Source of the DNA: an uncultured Candidatus Rokubacteria bacterium
GTDB lineage: Bacteria; Methylomirabilota; Methylomirabilia; Rokubacteriales; DASRDR01
DNA length: 64,000 nt
NCBI GenBank assembly: GCA_963805625.1
Contig: CAWDVE010000017.1
Coordinates: 864,001-928,000, forward strand
Direction of reading: 5' to 3'
A program made the position numbers and the translations under genes. Below are positions 40,273 through 49,938 of the stretch, piece after piece (positions within the stretch are counted from its first letter, which is position 1; every line of letters begins with the position of its first letter). A model generated the notes under the pieces. It was not told the origin of the DNA, ran no database searches, and was given only the letters and a program-made list of their open reading frames with translations.

Positions 40273-41472
40273 TCATCCCCGAGTCGTGAGGCAGAGCATC
40301 GCCAGGGCGGCGATGGTCACGCCGACGAGGCTGATCGCGGAGAGGTAGATGACGAGATAGGAGCCGGTCCAGTCGTGGAGCGCCCCCGCGAGGAGCGGTC
40401 CGATCGCGGACCCGAGGCTATTGCCGATGCCGAGCAGCCCGAAGACGACCCCGTAGTGAGCCGGCGGGGCGATGTGCCCCACGAGCACCGCACCGATCGT
40501 GGACCGCGAGCCCATCGGGAGGAAGAGGAACAGCACGTAGGCGTAGGCCAGGAACCTGGCGGGGGACACTTCCAGGCCGAGCAGACAGCCGAGCCCGAGG
40601 ATCGTGAAGGCGAAGGACACGAACCCCGCCAGCGGGGCGCCCACGCGGTCGGCCATGAGCCCGAACAGCACGCGGCCGCCGGCTGCCAGCACGCCCCCAA
40701 TCCCGAGCAGGGTGGAGGCCGCGTCGACCGAGAACCCGCGCTCGGTCAGGTACAGGGTGTGCTGGGTGGTGGCCAGGCCTCCGAAGATGGGCGGCATCGT
40801 GAAGACCGCGAGGAGCAGCCAAAACGACCCCGAGGCGACCACCGCGCGCACCGTGGAATCGTGCGGCGCCGGGTGGGCGGGCGCCTGGCCGCCCGCAGCG
40901 CGTAGCCTGGACGGCAGCACGGCCCACGCCAGGGGAATCAGGGCGGCCACCGCGACCACGTAGGCGGCCAGAGCCGCGCGCCAGCCGAATCGCGTGATGG
41001 CCCACTGGCACGGTGGCGCCAGCCCGTAGCCGGCCATCGCCCCCGCGGCCGCGATCCCCATGGCGGCCCCGCGCCGGCGGACGTAGGCGTCGGCGAGGAG
41101 CGCGGCCTGCGTCACCATCCCGGTCAGCCCCACGCCGATCCCGGCGCCCACCCCGACGGCGAGCGTGAACAGAGGGAGGGTGCGGGCCAACGTCCCGACG
41201 CCAAACCCGAGCATGGCCGCGAGGAGCCCGAGGCTGACGACGGCGCGCGGATTCCACCGGGCGACGCCCCAGCCCGCAATGGGGCCGAGCACTGCGCCGC
41301 CGACCCAAATGAGCGTGATGGTGGAGGCCGTGGCGGCCCGGGAGCCGCCGAACTCGGCGAGGAGCGGGGGAAAGAAGACGGGGAAGGTGTTGGTGATCCC
41401 GGCCACGAGCAGCATGCAGGCGAAGGCGAGCACGAGCCGTCCGCTGACGAGGCTCTCCCAGGGTGCGGTCAC
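40273..41472 (-). CDS. MFS transporter
   Basis: About 12 TMs, GLMADRVG motif. Confidence 0.88.
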   Translation of the reverse strand: MTAPWESLVSGRLVLAFACMLLVAGITNTFPVFFPPLLAEFGGSRAATASTITLIWVGGAVLGPIAGWGVARWNPRAVVSLGLLAAMLGFGVGTLARTLPLFTLAVGVGAGIGVGLTGMVTQAALLADAYVRRRGAAMGIAAAGAMAGYGLAPPCQWAITRFGWRAALAAYVVAVAALIPLAWAVLPSRLRAAGGQAPAHPAPHDSTVRAVVASGSFWLLLAVFTMPPIFGGLATTQHTLYLTERGFSVDAASTLLGIGGVLAAGGRVLFGLMADRVGAPLAGFVSFAFTILGLGCLLGLEVSPARFLAYAYVLFLFLPMGSRSTIGAVLVGHIAPPAHYGVVFGLLGIGNSLGSAIGPLLAGALHDWTGSYLVIYLSAISLVGVTIAALAMLCLTTRG

Positions 41473-41653
41473 CTGGAGATTATGGCCGATTGTGGCCGGG
41501 CCGACCCGCGGCGGTTGACAGTGCTCGGAGCGGATCCTAGAGTCGCGCCGGGACGCGGATACCTGGCAGATCGTCGCCGACCGCCACTCGGCCTTGCATC
41601 GATCTCACGCCGGGTCTCCGCACGAGACGTCACGATGGACCAGGGGAGACGCG

Positions 41654-42604
41654 ATGCCCGGACGGGTACCGAGCGAGCAGGAGGTCATCGGCTACGTGAA
41701 GACGCTCTCGAACTGGGGGCGCTGGGGTGCCGAGGACGAGCTGGGGACGATCAACCTGATCACTCCGGCCAAGCGGGCGGCGGCCGCGCGGCTGGTGCGG
41801 GACGGGGTCGCCGTGACCGGCGCCCGGCCGATCGTCACGGACATCACACCCGACACGACCTTCCAGTTCATGCGCTTCATGGTGGACAGCGGTGAGGGCC
41901 GCGACACGGCGCCGCCCGGGCGACTGCAGGCGCGCCGCGGCGCCGGCGAGTTCATCGGCATGGTCTTCCACGGATACACGGTGACCCACATCGACACGCC
42001 CGCCCACTTCTTCTGGGAGGGGAAGCTCTACAACGGCCGCTCCTGCAACCTGATCACCTCTCGCGAGGGGGCGACGGTCGAGGCGGTCGAGCTGCTCCAC
42101 GACGGCGTGGTCAGCCGAGGCATCCTTCTGGATGTCGCGCGCACGCGGGGCGTGCCGTGGCTCGGTCCGGGAGAGGGGGTCATGCCCGAGGACCTCGAGG
42201 CCGCCGAGCGGGCGGCCGGTGTCGGCGTCGAGCCCGGTGACATCCTGATGGTCCGCACGGGCTACTATGCGCGCCGGCTCGCCGAAGGGCCGGCGCACCC
42301 GATGCAGGCGGGGTCGCCGGGGCCGCACGCGGCCCTGTTGCCGTGGCTGAAGGAGCGGGGTGTGGCCGTCTGGGGGAGCGACACCCACAACGACGTGACG
42401 CCCACGCCCTATCCCGCGATGGGCAGCCCCTTCCACATCGGCGCGCTCGTGGGCCTGGGCCTCTGGCTCATCGACAACATGAACCTCGAGGACATCGCCA
42501 AGGCGTGCGCCGCCCGCGCCCGCTGGGAGTTCCTCCTGACGCTGGCGCCGCTCCGGCTTCGGAACGTGACGGGGTCGCCGCTGAACCCGATCGCGCTCTT
42601 CTGA
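41654..42604 (+). CDS. Cyclase family metal-dependent hydrolase
   Basis: NWGRWG.EDELGTIN, HGYTVTHID, TGSPLNPIA. Confidence 0.9.
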   Translation: MPGRVPSEQEVIGYVKTLSNWGRWGAEDELGTINLITPAKRAAAARLVRDGVAVTGARPIVTDITPDTTFQFMRFMVDSGEGRDTAPPGRLQARRGAGEFIGMVFHGYTVTHIDTPAHFFWEGKLYNGRSCNLITSREGATVEAVELLHDGVVSRGILLDVARTRGVPWLGPGEGVMPEDLEAAERAAGVGVEPGDILMVRTGYYARRLAEGPAHPMQAGSPGPHAALLPWLKERGVAVWGSDTHNDVTPTPYPAMGSPFHIGALVGLGLWLIDNMNLEDIAKACAARARWEFLLTLAPLRLRNVTGSPLNPIALF

Positions 42605-42715
42605 GCGTGGCGCGCCTCCACTGAGCGCGGGCCCGCGCGGCCGGCGGTCCAGTTACCCATCGTCATGGTCCGCGCTCTCGTCAATGGAAGCCCACCCAAG
42701 CGTCAGGCCAACCCG

Positions 42716-43034
42716 GTTCCAGGCTAGAGGCGCTCGATCTCGACGCGGTTGTCGTGAAAGACGGCGCCGCCGCCCATGTCGGCGTCTCGCTCGTCCACGG
42801 TGGCGTTGACGGTCGCGCGTCCTTCGACAGCCGCGGCCAGCGCCCCTTGGTGCTGGCGATCACGCCCGGCCGGACCCGTGGGGTCACCTCGACCTGCGCG
42901 ACGAACGCGCCGCGGTCGTTGAAGACACGGGTCTCGCAGCCGGTCTCGAGCCGCCGGGGCGTCGCGTCCTCGGGGTGGCGGGTCCCGTCCCGCACGGGAA
43001 TTCGCAGGTCGCGCTCGATCCGGACGTCGTCCAT
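42716..43034 (-). pseudogene. Chimeric remnant: CocE/NonD-like N-terminus joined to a frameshifted copy of the Mo-oxidoreductase 3' end
   Basis: MDDVRIERDLRIPVRDGTR then HPEDA...; 42716-42978 nearly identical to 43775-44038 with a 1-nt deletion. Confidence 0.75.
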
Positions 43035-43110
43035 CGCGCTCTATCGCCCTCCTCGGCACACGGCGTGGGGGACAGCGCTCGGACGCGGAGTATCGGGCCT
43101 CGGCGCGCGT

Positions 43111-43141
43111 GAGACATCTCCGAGATGAACGTGAGATGAAC
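43111..43141. promoter_or_regulatory. 11-bp-periodic direct repeats, possible OmpR/PhoB-family site
   Basis: GAGACATCTCC/GAGATGAACGT/GAGATGAAC. Confidence 0.4.
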
Positions 43142-43251
43142 GGAGAGCCCTGTAGAAGATTTCCCCGCCACGGAAGCCTTGACTCGTCTATCCTGGTTGC
43201 CCAGGAACTACCCGATAAGGTTCCCAGTACACTTTTCAGAGGGAGGCTACC

Positions 43252-43626
43252 ATGAGAGCGTCTTTCATGGCGCTGCTTCTAGTGTTCGGAATCGCGGCCA
43301 TCGCAAATGGCCAGGGGGTCCGAGAAATCGAGATTCACGCCGAGAAGGTGGGGGACGTCGTCCACTGGATGCCTGAAAAGATTGAAGTCGTTCCGGGAGA
43401 GACCGTACTGTTTGTCCTCAACCACACACTGGAAGGGGGCTTCGCCTTTCACGGGATTGAGATCGAGCCGCTCCAGATAGAAGTGAAGGTGGAGAGAAAC
43501 AAGCCCTTGAAGATCGAACGGCAGATTCCGCTGACCTTAAAGCCTGGTGAATACCCTATCGGATGCCAGTACCATCCGAAACACGTACCGGCGACATTGG
43601 TCGTGAAAGAGCCGAAGGCCTCTTAA
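43252..43626 (+). CDS. Secreted cupredoxin, nitrosocyanin-like
   Basis: Signal peptide, FHGIEI, PGEYPIGCQYHPKHVPATLVV; visibly AT-richer than flanks; GGAGG RBS. Confidence 0.82.
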   Translation: MRASFMALLLVFGIAAIANGQGVREIEIHAEKVGDVVHWMPEKIEVVPGETVLFVLNHTLEGGFAFHGIEIEPLQIEVKVERNKPLKIERQIPLTLKPGEYPIGCQYHPKHVPATLVVKEPKAS

Positions 43627-43782
43627 GGCTAGATTGGCCCGGGTAATCCACGAGCGGGCTCCCGGCTGAATGCCGGTGATCGAAAGCCCGTCGCTCGCCC
43701 CCTCGTGCCCCTGGTTTCGCCGCTTCCGGCGTGTCCTCGCTCCGGCGCGCGCTTACCCGGTGGCCGCGGGCCCCGTTCCAGG

Positions 43783-45852
43783 CTAGAGGCGCTCGATCTC
43801 GACCCGGTTGTCGTGAAAGACGGCGCCACCGCCCATGTCGGCGTCTCGCTCATCCACGGTGGCGTTGACGGTCGCACCGTCCTTCGACAGCCGCGGCCAG
43901 CGCCCCTTGGTGCTGGCGACCACGCCCGGCCGGACCCGCGGGGTCACCTCGACCTGCGCGACGAACGCGCCGCGATCGTTGAAGACGCGGGTCTCGCAGC
44001 CGGTCTCGAGCCGCCGGGGCGTCGCGTCCTCGGGGTGGACGCGGATGGTCGTCGGGCCGGAGCGCCGCGTCTGGGCGGGGACGTTCGCGAACACCGAGTT
44101 CACGAAGTAGTGGTCGGCGCCCGCGATCAGAGCCAGCGGGTACCGGGCGGCCAGCGGCGTGCCGCGCTGGGCCGCCTCGTAGGGCGGCGTGTAGCCCGCG
44201 AGCGGGTCGAGCCCCGCCCCGGTCATGCGAGCGGTGTAGAACTCGAGCTTTCCGGACGGCGACGGGAAGCCGTCGGCGAACGGTACGAACGGCTCCGGGA
44301 CGGCGAGCCGCATCCAGCCTCGCTTCCTCAGGGCGTCGAACGTGATGCCGCAGAGCGACGGGTGATCCGAGTCGAGAAGCTGGCGTGCCAGCTCCTCGTC
44401 ACTGTCGTACAGGCAGGGCACGTCCAGACCCAGGCGCCGCGCTAGACGCCGGAAGATCTCGGTGGTGGGCAGGCACTCCCCGGGCGGCGCCACCGCGGGC
44501 TCGTTCCACGAGATGTAGAGGTGCCCGTACGAGATCTGGACGTCCGCATGTTCGAGCTGCATCGTAGCGGGGAGCACGATATCCGCGTAGTCGACGGTGT
44601 CCGTCCGGAAGTGCTCGACGACCACCGTGAAGAGGTCGGGCCGCGCGAGCCCCCGCCGGATCTTCGTCTGGTGCGGCACGCTGGCGGCCGGGTTGCTCGC
44701 GTAGACGAACAAGGCCTTGACCGGCGGGTCCGTGACCTCGAGAAGGCCTTCGCCGAGCCGGGTCATGCTCAGCGCGCGCGCGGCGGTCTTCCGCAGATCG
44801 TCTCGATAGAGCTGCGCCCAGTTCACGCCGAAGAAGCCGCGTGTGTCGTAGCCAGCGCCGCCGCCGGGATATCGCCAGTCGCCGGTGACGCCCGGGATGC
44901 AGGTGATGGTCCGCACGGCCATCCCACCGCCGCCGTGTCGCTGGAGCCCCATCGTCACCCGGATGCCCGTGGGGCGCGTGCGGGCGATCCGCTTCCCCAG
45001 CTCCACGATCGCGTTGACGGGGAGGCCGCAGATCTCGGCGACGCGAGCCGGCGGGTAGTCCCGGATGCGCCGGCGGAACGCGTCCCAGCCGAGGGTGTGG
45101 CGGTCGATGAAGTCGCGATCCTGTGCGCCCTCGCTCAGCACGACGTGCAGGAGTCCGAGCGCCAGCGCGGCGTCGGTCCCGGGCACGGGCGCCAGGTGGC
45201 TGTCCGCGGCTTCGGCGGTGCGTGTCCGGGTCGGGTCGATCACCACCAGGTGGGCACCGTTCCGACGCGCCGTCGTGATGGGGCGCCAGAGGTGATGGTT
45301 GGTGCTCAGCGTGTTGCTGCCCCAGAGGATGATGAGCTTCGAGAAGCGGAGGGTCTCGGGATCCATGCCCACGCGGTTGTCGCCGAGCGTGTAGCCGGTT
45401 CCCACCCCGCCCGCGATCGTGCAGATCGTCATGAGGTGCCGGGAGGTGCCGACGACGTTCCAGAGCCGGCGCCCCGCGCCGTAGACGCCCTGGAGGAGCC
45501 CCATGCTGCCCGAGCCCACGTACGGCCATATGGCTTCAGCGCCGAACTCGCGGATGACGCTGCCCAGCCGCTCGGCGATCTCGTCGAGCGCCCCGTCCCA
45601 AGAGATCCGCTCGAAGTCGCCGGCCCCCTTCGGGCCGACGCGCCGCATCGGGTACAGGAGGCGCCCGGGGGACTGCGTGTACGCGACATAGTCGTCGAGC
45701 TTGTTGCACAGGACGCCGCGCGTGAAGGGGTGATCGGCATCGCCCTCGAGCCGCACGGCGCGGCCATCGCGCACGGTGACCACCCAGCTACAGGTGTCCG
45801 GGCAGTCCATCGGGCAGGCCCCGGGGATCCGCTGCTCGCCGCTCGCCGTCAT
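43783..45852 (-). CDS. Molybdopterin oxidoreductase (DMSO reductase superfamily)
   Basis: CPMDCPDTC, HPFTRGVLC, ADIVLPAT, VHPEDA. Confidence 0.92.
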   Translation of the reverse strand: MTASGEQRIPGACPMDCPDTCSWVVTVRDGRAVRLEGDADHPFTRGVLCNKLDDYVAYTQSPGRLLYPMRRVGPKGAGDFERISWDGALDEIAERLGSVIREFGAEAIWPYVGSGSMGLLQGVYGAGRRLWNVVGTSRHLMTICTIAGGVGTGYTLGDNRVGMDPETLRFSKLIILWGSNTLSTNHHLWRPITTARRNGAHLVVIDPTRTRTAEAADSHLAPVPGTDAALALGLLHVVLSEGAQDRDFIDRHTLGWDAFRRRIRDYPPARVAEICGLPVNAIVELGKRIARTRPTGIRVTMGLQRHGGGGMAVRTITCIPGVTGDWRYPGGGAGYDTRGFFGVNWAQLYRDDLRKTAARALSMTRLGEGLLEVTDPPVKALFVYASNPAASVPHQTKIRRGLARPDLFTVVVEHFRTDTVDYADIVLPATMQLEHADVQISYGHLYISWNEPAVAPPGECLPTTEIFRRLARRLGLDVPCLYDSDEELARQLLDSDHPSLCGITFDALRKRGWMRLAVPEPFVPFADGFPSPSGKLEFYTARMTGAGLDPLAGYTPPYEAAQRGTPLAARYPLALIAGADHYFVNSVFANVPAQTRRSGPTTIRVHPEDATPRRLETGCETRVFNDRGAFVAQVEVTPRVRPGVVASTKGRWPRLSKDGATVNATVDERDADMGGGAVFHDNRVEIERL

Positions 45853-46153
45853 CGCCTCGTGTCTCCCCGCGATCCGACGATATCATGCGCGAGTGACCCT
45901 GGTGGGGACTCCCACGAGCCGTGTCCTCGGCGCGACCGTCGTCTGGCTCGCTCTTGGCGCGGCGCCGCCACCGGCGTCCTGGCGGCTGTCCCGTCGCCGT
46001 TCCCCCAGCTCGCTCTCCTCGCGCTCGTGGCCGTGCTGCTGGTGCTCTTCCGCCGATCCGCACGCCTTCGCGCCCCGGAGAAGACGAGCGCGGGGCCGAA
46101 CACGCCTCCCGGCGCGCTCGAGAGAATCTCGGCGAGGACGCCCCTCTGTTCCC

Positions 46154-46558
46154 TCACCCGGTGAGCACCATCTGCGTCTGGATGGTGAGGGAGAGCAGCC
46201 GGCCGCCCGCGTCCGTGACCCGCGTCTGCCAGACCATGGTTCGCCGGCCGCGATGGAGACACGTCGCTTCTGCGCGCACCGTGCCGCCGCGGCCCGCCGC
46301 GAGGAAGTTGGTCTTCGACTCCAGCGTGGCGGTCGTGGCGCCCGGCGGCAGGTTCAGCATCGTGGCGGCGGCTCCGGCCGTGTCGGCGAGCGCCATCAGG
46401 GTGCCGCCGTGGACCGCGCCGCCGACAGTCGTCAGGGCGTCCCGGACCGGGAGCTCCGCCACGACGCGATCGAGGCTCGCCTCGACGAACCGGACGCCGA
46501 GGAGATCGGCCAGGGTCCCGCGGAGACGCTCGGTGAGGTCTGCCGGATCAATGCTCAT
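46154..46558 (-). CDS. PaaI family thioesterase
   Basis: VHGGTLMALADT, TLESKTNF. Confidence 0.92.
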   Translation of the reverse strand: MSIDPADLTERLRGTLADLLGVRFVEASLDRVVAELPVRDALTTVGGAVHGGTLMALADTAGAAATMLNLPPGATTATLESKTNFLAAGRGGTVRAEATCLHRGRRTMVWQTRVTDAGGRLLSLTIQTQMVLTG

Positions 46559-46612
46559 GCCGGTCCTCCACTCGACACGCCCGCATGGTGCGGCGTGCCG
46601 TCTCCCGACTCA

Positions 46613-46629
46613 ATTACCTCCGAGGTAAT
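46613..46629. promoter_or_regulatory. Palindromic operator between divergent PaaI and XRE genes
   Basis: ATTACCTC-C-GAGGTAAT perfect inverted repeat. Confidence 0.72.
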
Positions 46630-46664
46630 GGCCGTCGGCGGGCGGCCGTTGTAGAGTCCCCGGC

Positions 46665-47495
46665 ATGGCGGGTTCCGGGCGGGCGGTTCGGCCTGACGGG
46701 GAGAGCACCTTCGGCCGGGCGCTTCGCGAGTGGCGAACGCGCCGCGGGCTGAGCCAGCTCGCCCTCGCCGGCGACGCCGGCATCTCGTCTCGGCACTTGA
46801 GCTTCGTCGAGACGGGACGGGCGCAGGCGAGCCGAGAGATGGTGCTCCTCCTGGCGCGCGCCCTGGACGTTCCGCTGCGCGACCGCAACGACCTCCTGTC
46901 GGCTGCCGGCTACGCACCGGTGTACCGCGCAACGGCGCTCGAGGCCCCGGCGCTCGGGCAGGCGCGCCGCGCGCTCGATTTCGTCATGCGGCAGCAGGAG
47001 CCCTATCCGGCGATCGTGATCGACCGGCACTGGGACATCCTGCAGACGAACGGCGGCACCGCGCGTCTGGTCGAGCTGTTCCTCGAGCCGTCGGTACCGG
47101 GCGAGCTCGGGCTGAACGCCATGCGCCTCATGCTGCACCCGCGCGGGTTCCGTCCGCACATCGTCAACTGGGAGGCGATGGCCGCAGCGCTGATCCAGTG
47201 GCTTCACCGGGACGTCCTCAGTGGTCTCGGTGATGCCGGGACGCGGCGGCTCCTCGACGAGCTCTTGACGTATCCCGGCGTGCCGCGCCACTGGGGCCGA
47301 CTCGACCTCGACGTCTCCACGGACCCGTTCCTGCCGATCGAGTTCCGCCGGGGCGACGTCGAGCTTCGCTACTTCTCGATGCTGACCAGCCTGGGAACGC
47401 CGCACGACATCACGCTCCAGGAGCTCAGGATCGAATCCTTTTTCCCGGCCGATCCGGCCACGGAGGACGCCGCCCGCCGTCTCGCGTCCCCCTGA
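46665..47495 (+). CDS. XRE HTH regulator with MmyB-like ligand-binding domain
   Basis: LSQLALA...SRHLSFVETGR, GTPHDITLQELRIESFFPAD. Confidence 0.92.
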   Translation: MAGSGRAVRPDGESTFGRALREWRTRRGLSQLALAGDAGISSRHLSFVETGRAQASREMVLLLARALDVPLRDRNDLLSAAGYAPVYRATALEAPALGQARRALDFVMRQQEPYPAIVIDRHWDILQTNGGTARLVELFLEPSVPGELGLNAMRLMLHPRGFRPHIVNWEAMAAALIQWLHRDVLSGLGDAGTRRLLDELLTYPGVPRHWGRLDLDVSTDPFLPIEFRRGDVELRYFSMLTSLGTPHDITLQELRIESFFPADPATEDAARRLASP

Positions 47496-47656
47496 CGGAC
47501 GACATCCCCGTCGCGGGGTCCTGCGGCCGTGTGCCAAGCTCGTCGGGCTCCGGGCCTCCGGGTCGGTCGGGTCTCGCAAGCTGCCGGGTTACGCACGGTT
47601 GTCGACGGGACGCCCGGGGGGACGGGCCGGCTCCCCGCGCGGGCCGAGGGACCGAG

Positions 47657-48664
47657 CTACCGGACGGGCGTCCAGGCGCCCCCGTGGCGCGCGGACTCGG
47701 TGGCGGCGAGCGCGATCCGGAGCGCCATGAGCCCGTCGTACCCGGTGGGGCTGACCGGTTTCCCGCCCCGCACCGCCTCCACGAACCCCTGGAGCTCCGC
47801 GGCGTAGGCCTGGGCGAACCGCTCCGGGAAGTACGGCACGTAGTCGTGGTGGGCGCCCGCCCGGTCGTAGCGGGTGATGGGCGTGTGCCGCTCGTAGCCC
47901 ACCTTGAGGCCGCCGTGGTCCCCGAGCACCTCGGTGTGGATGTCGTAGCCGTACCCGGCCTGGCGCGAGTTGACGATGGAGCCGAGCGCCCCCGACGCGA
48001 ACCGGAGCGTCAGGACCGTGGTGTCCCAGTCGTTCACCGCGCGGAATGCCTCCGCCTGCGGCCCGAGGGCCGTTCCCACCGCGGACACGCTTTCCACCTC
48101 GGAGCCGGTGAGGAAGCGGGCGACGTCGATGTCGTGGATGGTCATGTCCACGAACTGGCCGCCGCACGTCGGGATGTAGTGCGGGGGCGGGGGATAGGGA
48201 TCGTGGCTCACCGACCGGAGGAGGTGGAGGCGCCCGATCTCACCGGCCGCGATGCGGCGGCGCGCATCGGCAAAGCCGGTGTCGAAACGCCGCTGGAAGC
48301 CGATCTGGAGCGGCACCCCGCACTCCTTCACCACGGTGAGGGCCCGCTCCGTCGAGGGAACGTCGAGCGCGATGGGCTTCTCGCAGAAGATGGCCTTTCT
48401 CGCGCGGGCCGCCGCCTCGATCTGCTCGGCGTGGGCGCCCGTCGGGGTGACGATCACCACGGCTTCTACCTCGCGGTCGAGGATGGCCTCGCGGGGGTCG
48501 GCGACCGTCCGCGCGCCGTAACGGGCGCCCAGCTCCCGGGCCGCCGGCGCCGGGTCGGCGACCATGGCGAGGTATACCTCCGGAAGGCTGGCCAGGGTGC
48601 GGGCGTGGGCGGCGCCGAGCCGACCCGCTCCCAGCAGCGCGACGCCGAGCCGGCTGGCGGCCAT
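47657..48664 (-). CDS. iolG: Inositol 2-dehydrogenase-like Gfo/Idh/MocA protein
   Basis: GAGRLG, FCEKP, GFQRRFD, DMTIHDID, YGYD. Confidence 0.82.
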   Translation of the reverse strand: MAASRLGVALLGAGRLGAAHARTLASLPEVYLAMVADPAPAARELGARYGARTVADPREAILDREVEAVVIVTPTGAHAEQIEAAARARKAIFCEKPIALDVPSTERALTVVKECGVPLQIGFQRRFDTGFADARRRIAAGEIGRLHLLRSVSHDPYPPPPHYIPTCGGQFVDMTIHDIDVARFLTGSEVESVSAVGTALGPQAEAFRAVNDWDTTVLTLRFASGALGSIVNSRQAGYGYDIHTEVLGDHGGLKVGYERHTPITRYDRAGAHHDYVPYFPERFAQAYAAELQGFVEAVRGGKPVSPTGYDGLMALRIALAATESARHGGAWTPVR

Positions 48665-49722
48665 CAGCGTACCCTCCCGCGCGCGGCGACTGGCCACACC
48701 ACCTCGATCCGGTCCCCGCGGACGCCCACGAGCTCGTCCATCATGTTGGACACCACGCAGCAATGATTCGGCACCACGTTGACCACCTCGCCGATGTGGG
48801 GCCGCTCGCGGCACTGGGAGAGGTCCACCACGCCGTGCTCCTCGGAGAGCCCCGTGATCGCGGCCTCCGGATACTCGAGGACGTGTCCGTAGCCCGGCAT
48901 CCCGTACTGATCCGACGTCACGACCTTCGTGCCGCAGTCCAGGATCGCCCGCGTGTCGTTGGGCCGGCTGACGACCGTCGCGCGGATCCGCATCGCGCAG
49001 CTCGCCCAGGTTGCCGTGCCCGAGCGGACCGTCGCCGCGTCGTTGAAGACGCAGGTGCCGGCGCGGTGCTCGGTCAGCATCGGGAAGTGCTGGACGCTGA
49101 AGAGGGCGGGCGTGCCCCCTCCGGATACGACCGGCACCGGGATGCCCGCGCGCTTGAACAGCTCGAGCGCCCGGTCGAAGAAGACCCGGGTGTCGGGGTC
49201 GCGGTTGGGGAACGTCATCAGGCCCTGGAAGTCCATTCGCGGGAGCTTCATGACCGCCTGCGCGAGATCGTAGGCAGCCTGCGGCGTCTGCACGCCGTTC
49301 CGTGCGCCCCCCGTGTCGCACTCGATGACGAAGCGAACGTCCAGCCCGTGCCGCGCCCCCGCCTCCGAGAGACCCCGCGCTACGACCTCGTTGTCGAGCA
49401 CCACCGTCAACCGCTCGACGCGGCGCGCGACCGCCATCAGGCGGTCGAGCTTCGGGCGGCCGAGAACGTTGTACGTGAGCATGACATCGGGCGCGACACC
49501 GTGATCGGCGAACACCTCGACCTCGCCGATCTTCTGGCAGACGATCCCGCTCGCGCCGCCGGCGAGCTGCATCCGCCCGATCGCGGGGATCTTGTGCGTC
49601 TTGATGTGCGCCCGGTTCCCGATGCCGTGGCGGTCGAGGTGGGCCTGCACACGGCGGATGTTGTCCTCCATCACGTCGAGGTGGATCGTGACCACCGGGG
49701 TATCGAGATCCTGGACCTTCAT
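48664..49722 (-). CDS. D-threonine aldolase/D-serine dehydratase-family PLP enzyme
   Basis: LDTP, RAHIKTHK, SGGGTP, LSEEHG, PNHCC. Confidence 0.88.
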   Translation of the reverse strand: MKVQDLDTPVVTIHLDVMEDNIRRVQAHLDRHGIGNRAHIKTHKIPAIGRMQLAGGASGIVCQKIGEVEVFADHGVAPDVMLTYNVLGRPKLDRLMAVARRVERLTVVLDNEVVARGLSEAGARHGLDVRFVIECDTGGARNGVQTPQAAYDLAQAVMKLPRMDFQGLMTFPNRDPDTRVFFDRALELFKRAGIPVPVVSGGGTPALFSVQHFPMLTEHRAGTCVFNDAATVRSGTATWASCAMRIRATVVSRPNDTRAILDCGTKVVTSDQYGMPGYGHVLEYPEAAITGLSEEHGVVDLSQCRERPHIGEVVNVVPNHCCVVSNMMDELVGVRGDRIEVVWPVAARGRVR

Positions 49723-49938
49723 GCGCGCCCTCCTGGGTGCGAAGCGGCGGCGGAGCCGCATTCGGCCGAGGCCGCCGTCCCGTCGGGGCGGCTTGCCGGC
49801 GACCCAAGCATGCGATGCGGGCGGCCGTGCCATCAAGGGGCTCTCGCGGGCCGGGCGGGCCGGCGCGCTTGACACTCGAAAGGCCTCCGCCCAGCATTGG
49901 GGGACGCGAGGGCATCTGCCGAGTCTAAGGAGAGCCAC

